A DNA stretch of 34,715 nucleotides from a virus (lineage: Duplodnaviria; Caudoviricetes), in IMG/VR virus record IMGVR_UViG_3300042342_000098, positions 1 through 34,715 of that record; one strand, given 5' to 3'. Of the stretch, positions 26,891-34,715 are shown one piece after another. Position numbers and translations under genes: made by a program. The notes under the pieces were generated by a model that did no database searches, was not told the origin of the DNA, and saw nothing but the letters and a program-made list of their open reading frames with translations. How positions within the stretch are numbered: position 1 is the first letter of the stretch; every line of letters starts with the position of its first letter.

Positions 26891-27471
26891 TGTTCTGCCA
26901 TCGCTTGCGCGATCCCCGTATATGTTTCGCTGCGGATTTTCCAACGGTCATCACTTGGCGGCAAACGGTTTTGCCCGCTATCGGTTTGATTCGCCCAACG
27001 CTTCTTACCGTTCACGATGCGCGGTTCAACAATGCCAGTAGGGGTGAGCAGCGGTAAATTCTTTAGCCACAAGCAAGTACGTTTGCTTGCGTCATGCCCG
27101 AACTGCCACGGGTTGATGATCTGATCTGGCTTACGGATGCGGCTAGAGATTACGCTGATCGGATTCTCTATCGCGATACGCGGGATAGACGCTGCCATCA
27201 AGCGCGTCACAAAGTCTAACGCGTCTTCGGTCAACTGAGGATCACGCAAGCCCCGCGCTGTCCAGTGCATACCAGACACAGACAAGTAAGTGCAGGGTGG
27301 ATGCGCGATCATCATGTCCCAACCGTTGTTGATGATGTCAAACACATCGCCTTCATAGTGCGGTCCTGGCACATCCGTGGGTAACAGATCGCATGACATA
27401 GCGTCATGCCCTGCCCGTATAAATGCGTCGCGTACTGTACCGCTGTACTCACAGGCTATTAATATATGCAT
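26881..27471 (-). CDS. Short C5 cytosine DNA methyltransferase-like protein
   Basis: ILIACEYSG (motif I variant), SCDL, AHPPCTYLS (catalytic PC), AIENP (motif VI), KRTCLW (VIII). Only 196 aa. Confidence 0.75.
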   Translation of the reverse strand: MHILIACEYSGTVRDAFIRAGHDAMSCDLLPTDVPGPHYEGDVFDIINNGWDMMIAHPPCTYLSVSGMHWTARGLRDPQLTEDALDFVTRLMAASIPRIAIENPISVISSRIRKPDQIINPWQFGHDASKRTCLWLKNLPLLTPTGIVEPRIVNGKKRWANQTDSGQNRLPPSDDRWKIRSETYTGIAQAMAEQWN

Positions 27472-27721
27472 CTATTTGCTCCTTGCTCCATAGTGTCGTG
27501 TACTGTTGATTAAGTCTTTTCATTTCTTCGGCGAACAACTTTTGCAACGGTGAAAGCCTCCCACCCTTGGTCTTGAGTTCTACGAATATCGTCCTGCCGT
27601 CTGGCAAACACGCTATCCTGTCCGACACGCCTTTGTGTGCGGGCGATGTGAACTTGTAGCTTTTGCCACCTAGACGCTCTATAGCCCATACAAAGTAAGC
27701 CTCGATCTCTTTTTCTTTCAT
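27449..27721 (-). CDS. VRR-NUC domain nuclease (putative resolvase)
   Basis: EKEIE...KFTSPAHKGVSDRI...FVELKTKGGRLSPLQ. Confidence 0.9.
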   Translation of the reverse strand: MKEKEIEAYFVWAIERLGGKSYKFTSPAHKGVSDRIACLPDGRTIFVELKTKGGRLSPLQKLFAEEMKRLNQQYTTLWSKEQIDAYINSL

Positions 27722-27801
27722 GTGACGAAATATAACATGAAAAAAGTATTTGACAATATTTAATTTAATGTGATCTAATGAAAGTTCTAAAGGAGACACT
27801 A
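27722..27801. promoter_or_regulatory. Divergent sigma70-type promoter pair
   Basis: + strand: TTGACA 27750-55, 18 nt, TG-n-TCTAAT 27774-79, then AAGGAG RBS. - strand: TTGTCA 27756-51, 16 nt, TG-n-TATATT, 7 nt before the VRR-NUC ATG. Confidence 0.7.
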
Positions 27802-28893
27802 ATGCTACACAGTTCAATAGTCGGCGGTTCAACAGCAAAGCGGGTCATCAGTTGCCCCGCATCAGTCAATCTAGTGGCCAAAATGCCACCCAAGCCCTCA
27901 AGTGTTCACGCAGACCGTGGCACACTACTGCACGATGCTATCGCACTTATCCTAGAAGGCAAGCCAGATGTGGTTGGCATGAAGTATAACGACATCACAC
28001 TTACGCAGGAGTTATACGATGAAAAGATTGTCCCTGCGTTGGCGTTTCTGGATGAACTCGACGCTTCCACAACTATGGAATATGCTGTGGAAAGCAGAGT
28101 CGGTTTTGGAAGCCTTTTGCCTGGGGTGTTTGGTTCTGCTGATTTGCTTGGGCGCGTTGGCAATCGTGCTGTTGTTCTTGATTGGAAGTTTGGTGATGGT
28201 GTGGCAGTTGATGCTATAGAGAACGCACAAGGAATGTTCTACGCCGCTGCTGCTATGCGTACACCTGAGACTGCATGGGTGTTTGATGGCGCAGACGAAA
28301 TTGAGATTGTGATCGTGCAGCCGCCTGTCATGCGTCGTTGGGTGACAACACCAGAACGCATCAAACAGTTTGAAATGGAGTTGGTCGCAGCAGTAAAACA
28401 ATCACAGAAATCTAGCGCACCGTTTAAGACAGGCGATCATTGCCGGTGGTGCGCCGCAAAGCCTGTGTGTCCACAGATGACAGGTGAAGTTGATCGCTTT
28501 GTTAAGACATCCTTGCAAACCATTGACGCAACACAGATCAGTCATTACTTGCAGCAAGCCGACCAGATAGAAGAATTTATTAAGTCGGTGCGTGAGATGG
28601 CTTTTACGATGCTTGAGAACGATGTCAAGGTGCCTGGATACAAGTTGGTGGCCAAGCGTGGCACACGTCAGTGGGTCGATGAAAAGAAAGCTGAAGAATT
28701 ATTAGGTGACAACGCTTACGAAAAGAAGTTAATATCTGTCGCTCAAGCCGAGAAGTTAATCGGCAAAAAGAATTTCCCGCAGGAACTGGCTGTATCGGTT
28801 TCTTCGGGCAATACGCTGGCAAACGAGGATGATCCTCGCCCAGCAATCCTGAACATTGGTAAGCAACTTACTAATGCTCTTTCTAAACTTTAA
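27802..28893 (+). CDS. Cas4-like PD-(D/E)XK exonuclease (DUF2800)
   Basis: SCPAS, GTLLH, GSAD, VLDWKFG and CRWCAAKPVC (1+3 Cys cluster), plus VPGYKLV. AAGGAG RBS. Confidence 0.88.
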   Translation: MLHSSIVGGSTAKRVISCPASVNLVAKMPPKPSSVHADRGTLLHDAIALILEGKPDVVGMKYNDITLTQELYDEKIVPALAFLDELDASTTMEYAVESRVGFGSLLPGVFGSADLLGRVGNRAVVLDWKFGDGVAVDAIENAQGMFYAAAAMRTPETAWVFDGADEIEIVIVQPPVMRRWVTTPERIKQFEMELVAAVKQSQKSSAPFKTGDHCRWCAAKPVCPQMTGEVDRFVKTSLQTIDATQISHYLQQADQIEEFIKSVREMAFTMLENDVKVPGYKLVAKRGTRQWVDEKKAEELLGDNAYEKKLISVAQAEKLIGKKNFPQELAVSVSSGNTLANEDDPRPAILNIGKQLTNALSKL

Positions 28894-28904
28894 GGTGATC
28901 TAAA

Positions 28905-29546
28905 ATGTCAACATTCGCAATTGCAAACCTCCCCCCAGTAACATCACTCTCCACTTCTTTGCGCGCGCTTGAGCAAGATGTGGGTCCTGTTGGTTCCGTC
29001 ATTATTAAGATGGACAAGACAGGTCATTGGGTATTCGGTGCAGACCAGACCGAAGTAGAAGATGACGCTAAGTGGGCAGTCAATCCTTTCTCGTTCGTCC
29101 ACGGCTACATTGCGTGGGGTGAAGGTGAAGTGTTGGGCGAGAAGATGGTGTCGGTATCAGAGCCGTTGCCACAACTCGACGTAGCACCCCCAAATGCCAA
29201 GCGCGGTTGGGAAACCCAAGTCGGTATGTCATTGAAGTGTATCAGTGGCGAAGACGAGGGGATGGAAGCGCGTTACACCGTCACATCCGTTGGTGGTAAG
29301 CGCGCAGTACAAGCTTTGGCAGTCGCCATCGCCAATCAAGTTGATGCCGATCAGAGTAAACCTGTACCAGTTGTTAGACTGAAAAAGGAACACTATCAGC
29401 ACAAGTCCTATGGTCGTATCTACACGCCAGTTTTTGAATTGGTTGAGTGGGTGGGCATGGATGGCGCTGCGGCTGAAGCGCAGGCAGAAGAAGCCTACGC
29501 TGAAGCATCGCAGCCTGCACGACGCCGTCGTGTAGCAGCAACCTAA
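28905..29546 (+). CDS. Putative single-stranded DNA-binding/annealing protein
   Basis: 213-aa aromatic-rich beta protein (YQHKSYGRIYTPVFELVEW) in the usual SSB slot between exonuclease and polymerase. Confidence 0.6.
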   Translation: MSTFAIANLPPVTSLSTSLRALEQDVGPVGSVIIKMDKTGHWVFGADQTEVEDDAKWAVNPFSFVHGYIAWGEGEVLGEKMVSVSEPLPQLDVAPPNAKRGWETQVGMSLKCISGEDEGMEARYTVTSVGGKRAVQALAVAIANQVDADQSKPVPVVRLKKEHYQHKSYGRIYTPVFELVEWVGMDGAAAEAQAEEAYAEASQPARRRRVAAT

Positions 29547-29550
29547 GTAA

Positions 29551-29576
29551 GGAGGGGCGGCTACGGTCGCCCCGCC
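29551..29576 (+). promoter_or_regulatory. GC-rich UNCG hairpin without U-tract
   Basis: GGGGCGGC-TACG-GTCGCCCC. Confidence 0.5.
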
Positions 29577-29590
29577 TACGGGACAAAATA

Positions 29591-30358
29591 ATGAGAACAC
29601 TTGTATGGTTTTCCTGTGGCGCAGCGAGCGCTGTGGCCGCCAAGATGGCTGTCGATAAATATCCAGACTGCGAAGTGTTGTACTGCGATACGCTTGCATA
29701 CGAACACCCAGACAATATGCGATTCCTAAATGATGTCGCTAAATGGATCGGCAAAGAAATTAAATTACTGAAGTCTGCCAAGTATACCGACATCTTTGAT
29801 GTGTTTGACAAGACTGGTTGGTTGATCGGTGTGGGCGGCGCGCGCTGCACAACTGAGTTAAAGAAGAACGTGCGCAAACAATACGAGCGCCCTGATGACT
29901 TGCATATCTTTGGTCTGACTAAAGATGAGGCCAAGCGCATCGAACGCTTTGAAGACCAGAACTCAGACACTAAGGTTGAGTGGATTCTTGAGAACACTAC
30001 TAAAAAAGATTGTTACCGTATTGTCCAAGAGGCAGGCATTGAATTGCCTGAGATGTATAAGCTTGGGTACAACAATAACAATTGCATTGGTTGCGTCAAA
30101 GGTCAGGCAGGCTACTGGAATAAAATCCGCGTAGACTTTCCCGATGCGTTTGATCGTATGGCCAAGCAAGAGCGTAAGATGGGTGTCGCGATCAACAAGT
30201 CGTATGCGGGTGACGGTAAGCGCAAACGCATCTTCTTGGATGAACTAAACCCCAACTATGGCCGCAACGTGCCGCTACCAGACATTGAGTGCGGCGCGAT
30301 CTGCATTGCCCCAGAAGAAAAGTTTGAAACGGTGTCGCGCTATGATTCTCTGGATTGA
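29591..30358 (+). CDS. PAPS-reductase-like (PP-loop, adenine nucleotide alpha-hydrolase) protein
   Basis: VWFSCGAASA PP-loop variant, EHPDNMRF, CTTELKK, MYKLGYNNNNCIGCVK, terminal ECGAIC. Confidence 0.8.
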   Translation: MRTLVWFSCGAASAVAAKMAVDKYPDCEVLYCDTLAYEHPDNMRFLNDVAKWIGKEIKLLKSAKYTDIFDVFDKTGWLIGVGGARCTTELKKNVRKQYERPDDLHIFGLTKDEAKRIERFEDQNSDTKVEWILENTTKKDCYRIVQEAGIELPEMYKLGYNNNNCIGCVKGQAGYWNKIRVDFPDAFDRMAKQERKMGVAINKSYAGDGKRKRIFLDELNPNYGRNVPLPDIECGAICIAPEEKFETVSRYDSLD

Positions 30359-32273
30359 TTTTGAAACCCGCAGCCGTTGCGACTTAAAGAAGCACGGCGT
30401 GTATAACTACGCCCAAGACGGCACAACAGAAGTGCTTTGTATGTCCTATGCGTTTGACGATGAGGACGTGCAGACTTGGACGCCAGATCAACCGTTTCCT
30501 GCTGATGTGCGTAACCACACGGGCATGATCTACGCCCACAACGCCGCTTTTGAGCGCCTGATCTTTTGGTACGTTTTACAGATTGATTTTAAGCTAGAGC
30601 AATTTTATTGCACCGCAGCACAAGCGCGCGCCAACTGCGCACCAGGTTCGCTTGAGGACGTAGGGCGCTTTGCGGGCGCAAGCATGAAGAAAGACCATAG
30701 GGGGTCGCAATTGATTCGTCTGTTGTCGATCCCTCGCGCCGATGGTACATTTAACGAGTCCCTCGACTTGATGCCCGAGATGGTGGCCTATTGTGAGCAG
30801 GATGTGCGCGCCATGCGCGCGATCAGTCTTGGCCTGCGCCCTTTGTCAAAAATTGAATTGGATGACTATCATGTTAACGAACGAATCAATGATCGTGGCG
30901 TCTTGGTGGACGTGCCTCTTGCCTGTGCAAGTATCACTTACGCCGACCGAGAACTCGAAGAAATACAGCATATTGTGCGAGAAGTCACAGAAGGGGCGAT
31001 CACGTCAGTCCGTAGCCCAAAAATGCGAGAATGGGTCAAAGAAAGGGTGGGCGAAGAAGCGCTCAAGTTAATGTGGACGGGAGAAAAATATTCAATCGAC
31101 AAAACGGTTAGAGCGAACCTACTCGCAATCAATGATCCTGAACAAGTACCGCCCGACGTTGCCGAGGTTATCCAATGCGCCGATGACCTCTGGGCGTCGT
31201 CGGTTGCGAAGTTCAGCCGCCTCAAAGACTTGGCAGACACAGAGGATCACCGCGTTAGAGGCGCTTTTGTGTTCTCTGGTGGCGCAGCTACAGGACGAGC
31301 TTCTAGTTATGGCGCGCAAGTCCACAACTTCACTCGTAAATGCGCCGCCGAACCTGATGCAGTAAGACACGCTATGGTCAGAGGGCATGAAATCGTACCG
31401 AAGTATGGCAAACGCGTCACAGACGTACTAAAGAGTATGCTGCGGCCTGCGCTGATCCCTGCACCTGGCAACGTCTTAATTGCTGCCGACTGGTCAAGCA
31501 TTGAAGCGCGCATGAATCCGTGGCTGTCCAACTGCACGTCTGGCATGGCTAAGTTAGACTTGTTTGCCAAGGGTGAGGACGTGTACAAGTTTAATGCGGC
31601 CGCAACCTTTAACGTGCGCGTTGCAGACGTAGACAAGGATCAGCGCCAGATCGGTAAGGTGCAAGAGTTAGCCTGTGGCTTTGCGGGCGGCATTGGCGCG
31701 TTTGCTGCAATGGGTCGGGCGTATGGTATTTATCTACCAGAGTCAGATGCCAGACGCATGGTGGACGCATGGCGGCGCGCTAATCCGTGGGCTGTCTCGT
31801 ATTGGTCTGATCTTGAGTCAGCCTACACACGCGCCATGCGAAATAAAGGCTACGAATTTACCGCCGGTCGAGTAACATACTTATTTGATGGATCGCACTT
31901 GTGGTACGCGCTTCCCTCTGGTCGGGTGCTATGCTACCCGTTCGCTAAGTTAGAAGAAGAAGGTGTGACCTATGCCAAAGCCGCTTGGAAACCCGCAGCA
32001 GACGCTAAAGAATGGCCACGCGCTAGGCTATGGAAGGGTCTCGCTTGCGAGAACATTACGCAAGCTGCGGCGAACGATGTATTACGCGCATCTTTGGCTA
32101 CGCTTGATAATGTCGTTCTTCACGTTCACGACGAAATCGTTGTCGAATGTCGTGAAGAAGACGCTGAAGAAACTAAAGTAAAAATAGAAACAGTAATGTG
32201 TACGCCGCCTGCATGGTGCGCTGATCTGCCGTTAGGGGTCGAAGCCGCCATTATGCAGAGGTATGGTAAGTAA
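30342..32273 (+). CDS. Family A DNA polymerase with 3'-5' exonuclease
   Basis: ExoI DFET, ExoII AHNAAFE, ExoIII YCEQD, motif A ADWSSIEAR, motif B RQIGKVQELACGF, motif C LHVHDEIV. Confidence 0.95.
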   Translation: MILWIDFETRSRCDLKKHGVYNYAQDGTTEVLCMSYAFDDEDVQTWTPDQPFPADVRNHTGMIYAHNAAFERLIFWYVLQIDFKLEQFYCTAAQARANCAPGSLEDVGRFAGASMKKDHRGSQLIRLLSIPRADGTFNESLDLMPEMVAYCEQDVRAMRAISLGLRPLSKIELDDYHVNERINDRGVLVDVPLACASITYADRELEEIQHIVREVTEGAITSVRSPKMREWVKERVGEEALKLMWTGEKYSIDKTVRANLLAINDPEQVPPDVAEVIQCADDLWASSVAKFSRLKDLADTEDHRVRGAFVFSGGAATGRASSYGAQVHNFTRKCAAEPDAVRHAMVRGHEIVPKYGKRVTDVLKSMLRPALIPAPGNVLIAADWSSIEARMNPWLSNCTSGMAKLDLFAKGEDVYKFNAAATFNVRVADVDKDQRQIGKVQELACGFAGGIGAFAAMGRAYGIYLPESDARRMVDAWRRANPWAVSYWSDLESAYTRAMRNKGYEFTAGRVTYLFDGSHLWYALPSGRVLCYPFAKLEEEGVTYAKAAWKPAADAKEWPRARLWKGLACENITQAAANDVLRASLATLDNVVLHVHDEIVVECREEDAEETKVKIETVMCTPPAWCADLPLGVEAAIMQRYGK

Positions 32274-32301
32274 AAAAGAAGCCCACCTGTCGGGGTGGGC
32301 T
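32274..32301. terminator. Hairpin with U-tract on the minus strand
   Basis: AAAAGA-AGCCCACC-tgtcgg-GGTGGGCT. The T-run exists only on the reverse strand. Confidence 0.5.
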
Positions 32302-32324
32302 AAGACAAACCAAGGAGAATTACT

Positions 32325-34640
32325 TTGTCGAGTGTACAACAAAATTTTATTGAATATCTATCTGGCCTTGCTATGCAGGGTGAAACATCGTTAATTGTTC
32401 GCCAAAAACCACAACTAAAGAACGGCGAGATGCAATTCCACGCCAACGGCGCGATCAAAGCGGTATGGCCTGCTTACTTGCCTACCCATAAAGTTAAGCC
32501 CGACTGGGCGATTTATGGCAATACGGCATCCTTTATTATTGATCGCTTTACCGATGGGCATCCAAGCGCATCCGTTAACAACGCCGAGTATGTGATGGTG
32601 ATGGTGTTGGATGATGTAGGCGATCCAGACAAAGCCCCCAACATTCCGCCGTTGCAACCGACTTGGAAGATGGAGACGTCTAAAGGGTCGTTTCAATGGG
32701 GCTACACCTTCTCAGATCAGCCCACAACAGGCGAATTTACAGCGGCCATCAAAGCCATTGCAGCGGCGGGTTACACCGACCCAGGCGCGACCAATGCGGT
32801 GCGTAATTTCCGCCTGCCTGGTTCGATCAACTTAAAACCTGGGCGCGACAATTTTGCGTCTGCCCTGACTGAGTTTGACCCCAAGATCGAGTACACGCTA
32901 GAGGAAATTTGTACGGCGTTTAACGTCACGCCAGAGGCCGCCGACACGTCTAGCATCCGCGCTGTTCGATTGATGGATGATGGTAACGATGACGTGGTGC
33001 GTTGGCTGTCGGTCAATAGTCTGATCATATCCAAGCCGAACTCCCAAGGTTGGATGGGGGTCGTTTGCCCTAATTTTGAACAGCACACGGACGGCAACCC
33101 TGAGGGGCGTTATCTACCCTTGAGCCGCGCATACTGCTGTCTGCACTCGCATTGTATTGACTTCGATAGCACGTCATTTTTAGCGTGGGTTGAGGAACAG
33201 GGCGGCCCGAAACACTCGCCTGGACTGCGGGAGGAATTGTTAGCGTCCAGTATGAATAGCGCGCTGTCCAAGCTTACACCCACCGAGGCGTTTCCTGATA
33301 GGGGTGCTGAGATCATCGCTGAGGTTGAGCGAAAAGAGGTCGGACGGGTTGAGAAGGCCGGATGGTTTACGCGCTTTGCGTACCTCCAAGCCGATGACGC
33401 TTACTTCGATTTACACGAGCGTACCCAAATATCGCGCCAATCATTTAACGCGCTGTTCCGTCACATAGACTGCAAGAGCGCGCACAACATTAAACGCCGC
33501 GTTGAGGCGTCCGTCTCGTTTGATGAACTTAGACAGAAATACGGCGCGCCCGCCTTGACTGGCATCACGTTTGCAGCGGGCGATGATGTGCTAGTGTCGC
33601 GCGGCGGCTTAGTCTACGCTAACCAATGGCGTAACTTGCGCCCGCCCGTTGTGCCTGGGGACGTGACCCCATGGCTCAAGCATGGTGAGCGCTTAATCCC
33701 CAATGATGCCGAACGCAATCATGTACTGGATGCGATGGCCTATAAGCTGCAAAACCCCAAGGGCAAGGTCAACCACGCGATCTTACACGGCGGGCGCAGT
33801 CGTTCAGGTAAGGATAGCCTCTGGGCGCCGTTTTTCTGGGGTATTAGGGGTGATAGTCAGGACAACGTCAAATTGATGGCCGCTGCCCAATTGCAACAAC
33901 AATTTCATTACCAATTAGAAACCGAAGTGTTGGTGCTAAACGAATTGAAAGAGCCTGACGCCAAAGAGCGCCGCGCCCTAGCCAATGCACTTAAGCCCAT
34001 CATTGCCGCCCCGCCAGACATGATCTCAATCAACCGTAAGGGCTTAAAACCTTATGAGATGATTAACAGACTATTCGTAGTGGCGTTCAGTAACGACAAG
34101 CTATCCATTACCCTAGACAGCGATGACGGGCGATGGTTTTGTATATGGTCTGACGCGCCTAGAATGACAGAGGAAGAAAGCGCGCGGCTTTGGGCTTGGT
34201 ATAACGCGGGCGGCTTGTCTGCTGTCGCGGCTTGGCTGTATGCGCGAGACGTGAGCAAGTTTAACCCCAAAGCGATACCGTTTGAAACTGACTTTAAACG
34301 TGCCATGATTGAGCAGGGTATGAGCGGCGCAGAATCTAGCATCTACCATGACTTGATTGAGCGTAAGGGCGAATTTAGCAGAGGCGTGATTTCTAGCCCC
34401 TTCCAGGCACTCTGCGCCCGTATGAGTAACACTGGCGTAAAAATACCCGTTCCCGCGCTTATACACGCGCTAGCAGAGGCTAAATGGGTTGATATGGGTT
34501 TGGTTATGAGTCGTGACTACACGACCAAAAAACACCTATACGCCGCGCCTGAAATGGCGGCTAAATATCCCAAGTCTGAATTGCGGCGCATGGTTGAGGA
34601 AATGCCCGCAACCTCTCCACCGTTACAGATCGTTAAATAA
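32325..34640 (+). CDS. Primase-helicase (RepB-type AEP primase, Zn finger, DUF5906/SF3-like NTPase)
   Basis: VLDDVG, METSKGSFQWGY, FRLPGSIN; CPNFEQH...CLHSHC; Walker A GGRSRSGKDS, VLVLNE, VAFSN, DDGRW. TTG start with AAGGAG RBS. Confidence 0.88.
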   Translation: MSSVQQNFIEYLSGLAMQGETSLIVRQKPQLKNGEMQFHANGAIKAVWPAYLPTHKVKPDWAIYGNTASFIIDRFTDGHPSASVNNAEYVMVMVLDDVGDPDKAPNIPPLQPTWKMETSKGSFQWGYTFSDQPTTGEFTAAIKAIAAAGYTDPGATNAVRNFRLPGSINLKPGRDNFASALTEFDPKIEYTLEEICTAFNVTPEAADTSSIRAVRLMDDGNDDVVRWLSVNSLIISKPNSQGWMGVVCPNFEQHTDGNPEGRYLPLSRAYCCLHSHCIDFDSTSFLAWVEEQGGPKHSPGLREELLASSMNSALSKLTPTEAFPDRGAEIIAEVERKEVGRVEKAGWFTRFAYLQADDAYFDLHERTQISRQSFNALFRHIDCKSAHNIKRRVEASVSFDELRQKYGAPALTGITFAAGDDVLVSRGGLVYANQWRNLRPPVVPGDVTPWLKHGERLIPNDAERNHVLDAMAYKLQNPKGKVNHAILHGGRSRSGKDSLWAPFFWGIRGDSQDNVKLMAAAQLQQQFHYQLETEVLVLNELKEPDAKERRALANALKPIIAAPPDMISINRKGLKPYEMINRLFVVAFSNDKLSITLDSDDGRWFCIWSDAPRMTEEESARLWAWYNAGGLSAVAAWLYARDVSKFNPKAIPFETDFKRAMIEQGMSGAESSIYHDLIERKGEFSRGVISSPFQALCARMSNTGVKIPVPALIHALAEAKWVDMGLVMSRDYTTKKHLYAAPEMAAKYPKSELRRMVEEMPATSPPLQIVK

Positions 34641-34644
34641 ATTA

Positions 34645-34671
34645 AAGCCCCTGCGAAGGGGCTTATTTTTT
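34645..34671. terminator. Probably bidirectional Rho-independent terminator
   Basis: AAGCCCCT-GCGA-AGGGGCTT-ATTTTTT with an A-rich 5' flank, between convergent genes. Confidence 0.8.
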
Positions 34672-34715
34672 ATATGTCAAAGATTATGATGATTAGCACC
34701 ACTACTACACCAGTT
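34670..34715 (-). CDS. 3' end of a convergent hydrophobic ORF (partial)
   Basis: Reverse frame reads ...TGVVVVLIIIIFDI* and stops at the terminator. Confidence 0.4.
   Translation of the reverse strand, partial: TGVVVVLIIIIFDI

Noticed and set aside
27802-28893. Cas4-like protein as evidence of a CRISPR system
   Set aside because: No repeat-spacer array or other cas genes. DUF2800-type exonucleases are normal in this replication module.
29229-29997. Minus-strand ORFs of 156 and 207 aa
   Set aside because: Opposite the SSB-like and PAPS-reductase-like genes, with no recognisable features
29591-30358. cysH auxiliary metabolic gene for sulfate assimilation
   Set aside because: The PP-loop is divergent, the canonical C-terminal ECGLH motif is absent (ECGAI), and the context is replication
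1-34715. AGTT at both window ends suggesting a terminal repeat or circularity
   Set aside because: Only 4 nt, expected by chance, and an ORF appears to run off the right edge

Overview
A large part, possibly most, of a tailed dsDNA phage genome of podovirus type, with three modules. (1) 198-24098, + strand: P22-like morphogenesis genes (TerS, TerL, three tiny Lys-rich proteins, GroES-like co-chaperonin, portal, ferritin-like protein, scaffold, coat, putative decoration proteins, gp4/gp10-like tail hub, a chaperone-tipped fibre plus a beta-helix tailspike, a cupin, three ejection proteins). A Gram-negative lysis cassette follows (small membrane protein, single-TM T4-T-like holin candidate, embedded Rz/Rz1 spanins, inserted HNH endonuclease, GH108 endolysin). 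(2) 24090-27721, - strand: VRR-NUC nuclease, a minimal C5-methyltransferase-like protein, SNF2 helicase, a wHTH protein, DUF3310 and small ORFs. (3) 27802-34640, + strand: Cas4-like exonuclease, SSB-like protein, PAPS-reductase-like protein, family A polymerase and primase-helicase. Modules 2 and 3 are driven by a compact divergent promoter. No integrase, repressor, tRNA, rRNA or CRISPR array was seen. Most notable: near-total avoidance of the 5-mers GAGCT/AGCTC and CCSGG; two inserted candidate DNA-modification genes; a possible lysis-inhibition-type holin; and a structured scaffold leader. Family calls come from motif recognition by eye and k-mer counts from manual scanning, not from searches.
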